From positions 6,400,001 through 6,464,000 of the forward strand of contig CBDCXR010000004.1 in the NCBI GenBank assembly GCA_965223845.1: DNA of 64,000 nucleotides. The letters run 5' to 3'. How positions within the stretch are numbered: position 1 is the stretch's first letter; every line of letters starts with the position of its first letter. The notes beneath the pieces were generated by a model that saw only the letters and a program-made list of their open reading frames with translations, had not been told where the DNA came from and made no database searches. The position numbers and the translations under genes were made by a program. Positions 38,061 through 45,954 of this stretch are shown here, in pieces. Source of the DNA: Planctomycetota bacterium. Lineage in GTDB: Bacteria > Planctomycetota > UBA8108 > SXIK01.

Positions 38061-40919
38061 TCAGTCCTCGGGCCATTCCGTAACCTCGTCCGCAGCATGC
38101 TGGAGCATGGCGCTCGCGGCGCGGCCGAGATGTCCGAGCGTCGGCGTCGTCCGCGCGTTGAACAACGCGATGAGATTTCGGCCGTCGTGACGGCGAATCA
38201 GGATCGTCGCGGTGCCGGAAAGCGATCCGGAATGCGAGCGATCGAAGCGGCCGGGGGCGACGACCCGATTGGACCACCCGAGCGAGTAGTACGTTTCCTT
38301 CTCGCTCCCGTCGTCGTTGTGGCCCGCGGCGCCCGGCGGGCGGCGAAACATCCACTCGATGCTCTCTTCGTTGAGGATCGGACAGTTCGCCGGGTCATCG
38401 AACGCCGCGGCGAACTTCGCGATGTCCGTCGCGGCGGCGATCCAGCCACCGTGCGAGTCCATCGCCTCGAGGAACCAAGCGCCGTACGGCCACGGCACTT
38501 CTTCGTTGAGGTCCTCGTGAAAGACGGAGCGCCCGCTTCCCGGCTGGTAGTACCGCACCTCGTTCTCCGCGCGGACATCCCGGGTGCTCCCGATTCGCAT
38601 CGCGGTTACTCCGATCGGCTTGAGGACGGCGGCCTTCACGTACTCCTCGTACGACTGGCCGCTTAGCTTCTCGATCACGCGGCCGAGGAGACAGTAGCCG
38701 AAGTTCGAATACGCGTATCGCTCGCCCGGAGCAAAGTCGAGCTTCTGAGAGAACATCGCTCGGATGACGGCGGCGGGACCTGCGGGCGGCTCGACTCCCG
38801 TCTCTTCCGCGAACCGAACCGACTGAAACATCGCGTCGAACGACTGCCCGCGGTCCCAGCCACCGCGATGCTCGAGAAGGTGACGAATCGTGATGTCGCG
38901 GAAGCGCAGGTCGAATTTGTCTCCTGCCGCCGCGATGTCTTCTTCGTAATCGAGAACTTCGAGGATCTTGTCATCGAGGCTCAGTCGTCCGCGCTCGATC
39001 CACTGAAGAATCGCGACGGCGGTCACGGGTTTCGAGATGCTGGCGATGCGAAAGAGACTGTCTGTTCGCACCGGCTCCCGCACCGCGACATCGGAGTAAC
39101 CGTAGCCGCGGGAGAACACGACGCGGCCACGGTCCGTCACCGCGACCGACGCCCCGGGTACGCGGTGTTCCTTCATGAACTCGACGATGCGTCGATCGAA
39201 GCTCGCGAATCGATCGTCGAAATCACCCGTCGATACCTTGTACGGCGCTGCCGTCTCTCGAAATCCCGGTCCGCGGATGACGCGACCGGGACGAGCACCC
39301 GTGAACTCGCCGTCCCTGAGGACGAGTTTCCCGTTCACGACGACGTGCTTCATTCCCTCCGATAGCGCGTGAGGGTTCGCGAAATCGGCGCGGTCGGTGA
39401 GGTTTTCGTAGTCGAAGACGATAACGTCGGCGGCGAGTCCGACGGCGATGCGCCCTCGGTCGTAGGCGAGGACGCAGTTCGCGGCGGCGGCGCTCGCCTG
39501 GGCGACGGCGCGTTCGAGCGTGAGTGCACCGAGATCCCGCACGTAGCGCGAGAGGAGCCGAGGAAAGGACCCAAACGCGCGCGGGTGGGAGGCGGACCGG
39601 CTCGCTCCGGCGGGTCCGACGTCCGTGCAAAACGAAACGAATTCGGCCTGCATCGCGCGGATCTTGTTCGCCTCGGTCATCGTCTCCGGAAGCGCGAACG
39701 CCCCGGAACGAACGAGCGCGAAGAACGTGTCCCAGGGATCCTCGCTCTTCGCTTCGGCGATGGCCGCGACCGAGTTCCCGTCGAGTCCTTCGTACCGGTC
39801 GCTTCCCGTGCGTCCGACGACGATGCGATCCCAATCCTCTCCCGCGTGGCGGAACCAGTTCTCCCAGCCCTCGCCGCTCTCCATCTCGCGCCGAATCTCG
39901 GCGCGGACATCGGGGGACTCGAGACTCTTCAGAAGCTCGTCGCGTCCGTTTGCGAAATGACGTGGGTGAATCAGCGCGGCGATCGAGAGACCGTTGTTCA
40001 CGTAGGGATAGATGTCCGCCGTGATTTGCTCGCCGGCCGCCCGCGCGCCGCGGATGTTCGCGATCGCGAGCTCCATCTTGTTCCAGTTGTGCTTGCCGGC
40101 GGCCTTGAGGTGGAAGATATGAACCGGTGTTCCGCCCTTTCGCCCGATTTCGAGCGCCTCGTCGATCGCTTCGAGCAAGCGGTCGCCCTCGTTTCGCATG
40201 TGAGTGTAGTAGCGGCCGCCGTACTCGCCGGCGACCTGGGCGAGCGCCGCGATCTCGTCGGTGTCCGCGTAGACGGCCGGTGGATAGATGAGCGCCGTCG
40301 AAACGCCGATCGCTCCCGCTTCCATCGCCTCGCGGACGAGAGCTCGCATGCGCACGAGCTCTTCGGGGCTGGGTGCGCGGTCCAGATCGCCGATCACGAT
40401 GCGGCGCACCTGCGTGTGTCCGATCGTCTGGACGACGTTGACTGGAAGCCCCCGAAGCTCGAGGAGAGTGAAGTACTCCGCCATCGTCGTCCAGCCCTTC
40501 CGGCGCCCTCGGTCGGCAGAGAGTGGAGCGGCCGAGCCGCCCTCGCCCGCGTTGATCGTCGTGATTCCCTGCGTGAGTAGATTGATGGCGGTCTTCGGGT
40601 CGCCGACCATCGGCGACGCGGACTGTCCCATCATGTCGACGAAACCGGGCGCGACGACGAGCCCGGTGGCGTCGATCACCGCCTTTGCTTCGCTCTCGGC
40701 GATGCGGCCGATACGCACGATGCGTCCGTCGTCGATGCCGACGTCCGCCACGTACCAGGGTGAGCCGGTTCCATCGACGATGCGTCCGCCGCGAATCGCG
40801 AGGTCGAGGGTGGCTCCTTGGTCGGCGAGCGGCGGCGCAACGCTCGCTCCGTTCACCGCGATCGAGACGACGATGGAGAGAGAGAGCGAGACGATGGCGG
40901 AGCGACTCGAGAGATTCAT
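38061..40919 (-). CDS. N-acyl-D-amino-acid deacylase-like amidohydrolase fused to a beta-lactamase-family serine hydrolase, exported
   Basis: Signal peptide; IRGGRIVDGTG, APGFVDM, THMRNEG, HIFHLK, HPRAFGSFPR; C-terminal FRIASISK (SxxK), YSNFGY (YxN), HSGSLSG. Confidence 0.9.
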   Translation of the reverse strand: MNLSSRSAIVSLSLSIVVSIAVNGASVAPPLADQGATLDLAIRGGRIVDGTGSPWYVADVGIDDGRIVRIGRIAESEAKAVIDATGLVVAPGFVDMMGQSASPMVGDPKTAINLLTQGITTINAGEGGSAAPLSADRGRRKGWTTMAEYFTLLELRGLPVNVVQTIGHTQVRRIVIGDLDRAPSPEELVRMRALVREAMEAGAIGVSTALIYPPAVYADTDEIAALAQVAGEYGGRYYTHMRNEGDRLLEAIDEALEIGRKGGTPVHIFHLKAAGKHNWNKMELAIANIRGARAAGEQITADIYPYVNNGLSIAALIHPRHFANGRDELLKSLESPDVRAEIRREMESGEGWENWFRHAGEDWDRIVVGRTGSDRYEGLDGNSVAAIAEAKSEDPWDTFFALVRSGAFALPETMTEANKIRAMQAEFVSFCTDVGPAGASRSASHPRAFGSFPRLLSRYVRDLGALTLERAVAQASAAAANCVLAYDRGRIAVGLAADVIVFDYENLTDRADFANPHALSEGMKHVVVNGKLVLRDGEFTGARPGRVIRGPGFRETAAPYKVSTGDFDDRFASFDRRIVEFMKEHRVPGASVAVTDRGRVVFSRGYGYSDVAVREPVRTDSLFRIASISKPVTAVAILQWIERGRLSLDDKILEVLDYEEDIAAAGDKFDLRFRDITIRHLLEHRGGWDRGQSFDAMFQSVRFAEETGVEPPAGPAAVIRAMFSQKLDFAPGERYAYSNFGYCLLGRVIEKLSGQSYEEYVKAAVLKPIGVTAMRIGSTRDVRAENEVRYYQPGSGRSVFHEDLNEEVPWPYGAWFLEAMDSHGGWIAAATDIAKFAAAFDDPANCPILNEESIEWMFRRPPGAAGHNDDGSEKETYYSLGWSNRVVAPGRFDRSHSGSLSGTATILIRRHDGRNLIALFNARTTPTLGHLGRAASAMLQHAADEVTEWPED

Positions 40920-40927
40920 GAGGAAGA

Positions 40928-40967
40928 ATTCACCACGAAGAGCACGAAGGACACGAAGAAAGACGAA
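40928..40967 (+). repeat. REP-like repeat copy just upstream of the amidohydrolase start
   Basis: attcaccacgaagagcacgaaggacacgaagaaagacgaa. Confidence 0.8.
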
Positions 40968-41289
40968 CGGTGGGAAGGTTTTGAATTGAGAAGACTCGAG
41001 GTGTGGAATCGGTCTCGACCCATCGCCACAGTAGCTTTGCGTGAAGAGCCGAGCAAGCGGCTGGAGGGCGAGGAGCTCGGACGGGGCACTAACATTCCCG
41101 CGGCTGCGTACGCACAGGAAGGGGCGCATCTTCTCCCGTCCACTCGAACGTCGCGGGCGTGGGTCGGAGCGTTGCTCGGGCGCAGCGATTCGGAGATGAT
41201 TCCCGAGAAAGAGCCTACGAGCGCAGCGCATTGTGAGATACGGTCGGCGGCGGAATCCACGAGGGCTCGAACCGGGGGACACGCGCACC

Positions 41290-42159
41290 ATGAAACGGAC
41301 TGGATTCGCGAGTGGGCTCGGCGTTCTGCTGTCCATCGCGCCCGCATTCGCGCAAGAACTCGAGCTCGATTTCGGCGCGCGCGGGCCGGCACCGGGTCTC
41401 GGTCCAGACCACGTCCGTGTCGTCGCACGACTTCTCATCGCGAGCCCGGACATTCAAGTCCAAGGCTGGAGTGTCGTGATCGGGTCGCGAGACTGCGAGA
41501 TCGTAGGCGCGACCGTGGACGGAACCGTCGCGGAGGATCGATCGGACGGCGGTCCGGGGTGCATCGACCACGGAGGCTTCACTTTCGAGAGAACGTTCAT
41601 CGGGACGGAAGCAGCATCGGGTGACTCCTTCGTGAACAGCGCGATCGTCATGTCGTGCGATTTGGTTGCGGAAGGAAGTCCGCACGACCTCCTCGTCGTT
41701 ACGGCGCGGCAGACACCCGAAGCCGACCCGTGCGGCGATTGCACGTTTTTCTACGAGATCGGCCCCGTACTCGTCGAATCCGACGCGTTCGACCAACCGC
41801 GAACGGTGGAGACGTCCGTTGTCGACCGAGGGAAGACTCGAGAGTTTTCGGTCTCGACGGCGACGGTGAATCCGTGCGGACGAAGATTTCGCCGCGGCGA
41901 CTGCAACGACGACGGCGCGGTCAACATTTCCGACGTCGTCTTCGTCTTGAATTCGCTGTTTCTTCCGAACTCCGACCGCCCCTGCGATGACGCCTGCGAT
42001 GCCGACGACGACGGATTCGTCAATCTCGGCGACGCGATGGTCGCGCTCGGGCTACTCTTTCTCGGGGCGGGCGGTCTTCCGCCTCCCGGCCCGCTCGGCT
42101 GCGGCGTCGACCCGACGGGCGATCAGCTCGACTGCGCCGCGGTTGGCCTATGCGGATAG
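41290..42159 (+). CDS. Exported protein with putative cohesin-like beta domain and C-terminal dockerin-like module
   Basis: Signal MKRTGFASGLGVLLSIAPAFA; beta-rich VQGWSVVI...EIVGATVDGT; FRRGDCNDDGAVNISDVVFVLNSLF...CDDACDADDDGFVNLGD...CGVDPTGDQLDC from 41887. Confidence 0.8.
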   Translation: MKRTGFASGLGVLLSIAPAFAQELELDFGARGPAPGLGPDHVRVVARLLIASPDIQVQGWSVVIGSRDCEIVGATVDGTVAEDRSDGGPGCIDHGGFTFERTFIGTEAASGDSFVNSAIVMSCDLVAEGSPHDLLVVTARQTPEADPCGDCTFFYEIGPVLVESDAFDQPRTVETSVVDRGKTREFSVSTATVNPCGRRFRRGDCNDDGAVNISDVVFVLNSLFLPNSDRPCDDACDADDDGFVNLGDAMVALGLLFLGAGGLPPPGPLGCGVDPTGDQLDCAAVGLCG

Positions 42160-42323
42160 CTCGACACGGAGTTCGGAGCCGGGACGCGATGGCGACGAGC
42201 CTCGCCTCGCTGGGGATGAGCTCCGCCGGATCTCGCCGATTTCAGTCCGATGGGACCTTTGTGGGGTTTAGACGATTTGGGCCTCGGTCTCGGTCGCTTC
42301 CCTCTCCTTTGAAAGTCCCTGTA

Positions 42324-44321
42324 ATGCGAGACCTTCGTATCCCGCTCATCGTTTCGCTCTTCGTGATCGGTGCATCTCCGGCGTTCACCCAGAGCGACGG
42401 CCCTCCCCGTCCCGAAGAGCTCGATCCGGAGGACGGCGTCGCAACGATTCCCAGCCGCGAGGCGTACGAGCGCCTCTCGTACCAGGGTGACGCGGGACGC
42501 GACGCGTACTTGAACGACATTCAATTCGTGAAGTTCCAGCTCGAAAACGCCGGCAGCGACAAGGCGCAGCTCTACTTCATGAACACGAAGCGATACCGGG
42601 CGCACCCGAGATTCATGCAGGCGATCGGAATTCGCAGATTCGGGCGCGGGCGAAGCGGCGGCAACTCGGGGCCGGGACGGCAGATGCGGGGGGCGATCGC
42701 GTACCACCCGCGCGTGCGCGCACCCGACGGGAGCGCGGGCGTCTACACGTACGACTTTCAGCCGAACGACTCGTTTCCGCTCGAACTCCTGGAGTTTTGT
42801 CAGCGACTCATTCTCGAGAAGGCGCCCTTCCTCAAGGGAAAGCTCGTCTACCACCCGCTCCGCGGCGGGCTCGAACCGTACGAGCGAGAGAAAGAAAAGT
42901 ACGCCGAGGCGAAGATCACGGTCTATCTCGACGACGATCTCGAGATGAACCTCGGATTCCTTCCCCTCAATCGCGGGGCGACCTTCGGTCGCTTGCGCAT
43001 CATGAAATCGGCTGGGCTTCCGACGCCCCGCGACGTCGTCCTCTACCGTTCACTTCCGAACGAGCTTCCGCGCGTCGCGGGAATTATCACCGAGGCACGT
43101 CAGACGCCGCTTTCGCACGTGAATCTCCGCGCGATCCAGGACGGCGTCCCGAACGCGTTCGTCACCGGAGCGACCAAGAACTCGGCGATCGCGCCTCTCG
43201 TCGGGAAGTGGGTTCGTTACGAAGTATCGGATGACGGCTTCGAGATCCGCGAAGCCGAGCAAGCGGAGGTCGACACCCACTTCGAGAGCATTCGACCCAA
43301 GGCAAGACAAACGCCGTCGAGGGATCTCTCGGTTACCGAGATGCGGCCGCTGGCGAAGATCGGCTTCGCAGACTCGTCTGCGTACGGCGTGAAGGCCGCG
43401 AATGTCGGCGCGATGCGGACGTTCGGCCTCCCGGAGGGCATCGTCCCCGACGGCTTCGGCGTTCCGTTTCATTTCTACGACGCGTTCATGAAGCACAACG
43501 AACTCTACGCGAAGGCACGCAGCCTCTTTGCCGACCCGGCGTTTCGCGAAGACGGGGACCATCGCTCGGCGGTCCTCGCGCGGTTTCGGTCCCACATTCG
43601 TAGTGGTGATCTACCCGACTGGATGTTCGCGGCGGTCGCGGAGCTGGAGCGTTCCTTTCCGAGCGGGACGCCCATTCGGTGCCGCTCGAGCACGAACAAC
43701 GAGGATCTTCCGCGGTTCAGCGGCGCCGGTCTCTACGGCTCCTACACGCACGATGCGGACGATGGCCATCTCGGACGGACGATCAAAAAAGTCTACGCGA
43801 GTCTCTGGAGCGACCGCGCGTACGAGGAGCGCGAGTTCTACCGCATCGATCACTTTGCCGCGGCGATGGGCGTTCTCGTGCACCCGAGCTACAAGGGAGA
43901 GCGCGCGAACGGGGTCGTCGTGACGACCGATGTTCTCTACGAAACCGACGGCACGTACTACGTCAACGCGCAGGTGGGAGAGGACCTCGTGACGAATCCC
44001 GACTCGGCGTCGGTGCCGGAGGAGGTCCTGCTCGGCTGGTGGAAGGAAGACGGCGCGAAGCTCATGCAGCACTCGAACCGAGTCGCGGCCGAGAAGCGGA
44101 TCCTCGAGCCCGCACACCTGGACGTCCTCAGAACGTGCCTCGGGAAGATCCACGCAAAATTCGCCAAGCTCTACGAGGTCGATCCTGAGGACGAGAACTT
44201 CGCGATGGAGATCGAGTTCAAGGTCGCGAAGGACGGATCGGTCGCGATCAAGCAGGCCCGACCGTGGGTATTTCCATCGGCGCCCGAGCCGCTCGAAGCG
44301 AGCGTGCCCGAGGACGAGTGA
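42324..44321 (+). CDS. PEP/pyruvate-binding (PPDK_N, ATP-grasp) domain protein with signal peptide
   Basis: Signal MRDLRIPLIVSLFVIGASPAFT; YGVKAANVG, VPDGFGVPF, RCRSSTNNEDL..FSGAGLY, VYASLW, MGVLV, MEIEFK, IKQARP. Confidence 0.85.
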   Translation: MRDLRIPLIVSLFVIGASPAFTQSDGPPRPEELDPEDGVATIPSREAYERLSYQGDAGRDAYLNDIQFVKFQLENAGSDKAQLYFMNTKRYRAHPRFMQAIGIRRFGRGRSGGNSGPGRQMRGAIAYHPRVRAPDGSAGVYTYDFQPNDSFPLELLEFCQRLILEKAPFLKGKLVYHPLRGGLEPYEREKEKYAEAKITVYLDDDLEMNLGFLPLNRGATFGRLRIMKSAGLPTPRDVVLYRSLPNELPRVAGIITEARQTPLSHVNLRAIQDGVPNAFVTGATKNSAIAPLVGKWVRYEVSDDGFEIREAEQAEVDTHFESIRPKARQTPSRDLSVTEMRPLAKIGFADSSAYGVKAANVGAMRTFGLPEGIVPDGFGVPFHFYDAFMKHNELYAKARSLFADPAFREDGDHRSAVLARFRSHIRSGDLPDWMFAAVAELERSFPSGTPIRCRSSTNNEDLPRFSGAGLYGSYTHDADDGHLGRTIKKVYASLWSDRAYEEREFYRIDHFAAAMGVLVHPSYKGERANGVVVTTDVLYETDGTYYVNAQVGEDLVTNPDSASVPEEVLLGWWKEDGAKLMQHSNRVAAEKRILEPAHLDVLRTCLGKIHAKFAKLYEVDPEDENFAMEIEFKVAKDGSVAIKQARPWVFPSAPEPLEASVPEDE

Positions 44322-44615
44322 CGGTCGACCCGGAGCGGTATCGAGCGGACAGGGGTCCGTGGACGCCGGTGGAAAGCGGCGACCGAGCGGTTCTCGCGTA
44401 GAATACCGTTTCGCGGTTCGCCCGAGTGACTTCTCGACCGATCGCTCGGGTGTCGAAGCTCGTCCGTGCAATCTTCGCGCACTGCCCGAAGGGCCGGTCG
44501 GGAAGGCGCCGAACGTCGTCGGCGTGCGTGTTTCGGCGGACGCACTTCGCCCGTAGTCGAACACGGTCTGATCGCGATCCGAGCCCGGGCGGGAAGGCGA
44601 AAGCGAGGTAGAACG

Positions 44616-45896
44616 ATGGAAGCGCGATGGGACCGTCTCTCGCTTTCCAAAGTCGAGAATCGCATCTGCGATCTGATAGCGAAGATCGGGGACAAACCGA
44701 GGCACTTCGTCCGGCCCGAGATGTCCCTAGTCGAAGATCTCGGGTTCGACAGCCTTGAGATCGTCGAGCTCATGATGGAGGTCGAAGAAGACTTCGACGT
44801 TTCGCTTCCTGACCGTCCCGACGACCCAGTAAGCAAACAGATCTTTACGAGACATCCGTTCCGCGTGAGAGACTTGGCGGAGTTCGTGTATCGCGAATCT
44901 CGCGCCGGGAGGAGGGACAGTGAATGGACGCGAATGGCGACAGAGCCGCGGCCGGCGCCTACGACCGCTTTTACGCAGCTTGGGGGATCGCTCCTCGACG
45001 ACGCTCGAGCGGTGGATCCGCTGTACGAACCCCTCGGAGACGGCTCCGAAGAAACCTCGCTCTTCCGGAGGTCGACCGACGGAATGCAGTGCGTCCTCGT
45101 CCCGGAATCTTCGGTCGAAATCGGCAGCGGTGAAGAGGGCGCACAGGCGGATGAGCAACCGGCCCACTCCGTACGATTGAGCGAGTTTCTCATCGACGTT
45201 GAACCGGTGTCGACAGCCGCGTTCGCGCGCTTCCTCAATTCCATCGGGGAGATCGATGACGATACCCTGAGGAGGTGGTTCGTTCTCGCGCCCGAAGATC
45301 GTCGAGCTGAGCACATGCCGATCAAGCGGCGCAAAGACAGATGGGAACCCTTCCACCGAGCGGAACTGTGGCCCATGGTTCTCGTCTCGTGGTACGGCGC
45401 CAACGCCTACTCGAAATGGGCGAACGGGCAAGACTGGACCGATGACCGATCGGATGCCATGTTCCTGCCGTCGGACGCTCAGTGGGAGTACGCGGCTCGA
45501 GGAGCCACTCGGCGGAGGTTCCCATGGGGGGAAGAAGAGCCCACACCGGAGATGGCTAGACTGTCTCTTCACCGTTGGGGGACGACCTACTCGCTCGCGA
45601 GTCTTCCGCTTGCGAACGTGAACGAGGAGCTCGGGCTCTCGCCGTTTGGACTCAGACACATGGCGGGGAACGTTTGGCACTGGTGTCGCGACGACTACGA
45701 CCCGAAGTTCTACTCGACCGACGCCGCGAAGGGGCAAGATCCGGTGTGCCGGTCATCGACGGGCGTGAAAAGCGAACGGGGCGGGAGCTGGATCGGCCCC
45801 GCGGATCTCGCGCGCTCGTCGTATCGTCGAGGTCGCCCTCCGCTCGCACGCGGGCGATGTCTCGGATTTCGCTGCGTGGGGCACGTCGAGACTTGA
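44616..45896 (+). CDS. Acyl carrier protein domain fused to an FGE-sulfatase (SUMF1/EgtB/PvdO-like) domain
   Basis: RBS gagg + ATG 44616; DLGFDSLEIVELMMEVEEDFDV (phosphopantetheine site); DEQPAHSV, VSWYGANAY.KW, LPSDAQWEYAARG, FPWG, FGLRHMAGNVWHWC, RGGSW, LGFRC. Confidence 0.88.
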   Translation: MEARWDRLSLSKVENRICDLIAKIGDKPRHFVRPEMSLVEDLGFDSLEIVELMMEVEEDFDVSLPDRPDDPVSKQIFTRHPFRVRDLAEFVYRESRAGRRDSEWTRMATEPRPAPTTAFTQLGGSLLDDARAVDPLYEPLGDGSEETSLFRRSTDGMQCVLVPESSVEIGSGEEGAQADEQPAHSVRLSEFLIDVEPVSTAAFARFLNSIGEIDDDTLRRWFVLAPEDRRAEHMPIKRRKDRWEPFHRAELWPMVLVSWYGANAYSKWANGQDWTDDRSDAMFLPSDAQWEYAARGATRRRFPWGEEEPTPEMARLSLHRWGTTYSLASLPLANVNEELGLSPFGLRHMAGNVWHWCRDDYDPKFYSTDAAKGQDPVCRSSTGVKSERGGSWIGPADLARSSYRRGRPPLARGRCLGFRCVGHVET

Positions 45897-45954
45897 GGCT
45901 CTCGCCGGGATCGAACTCGAAAAACAGAGCTTGCGATGACGGAGGAATGATCCG

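Noticed and set aside
40920-41453. N-terminal extension of the 1130-aa ORF (likewise 28293-28739 and 42150-42323)
   Set aside because: Upstream in-frame sequence is low-quality and overlaps divergent genes or repeats; signal peptides indicate the later starts.
44478-44604. Cobalamin riboswitch (gcactg...gggaaggc resemblance)
   Set aside because: The 5' GGGAA..GGTG.AA.TCC core and the 3' B12-box AG.CAGGAGACC were not found.
44616-45896. Diversity-generating retroelement target (FGE/CLec fold)
   Set aside because: No reverse transcriptase and no template-repeat copy of the 3' end seen in the window.
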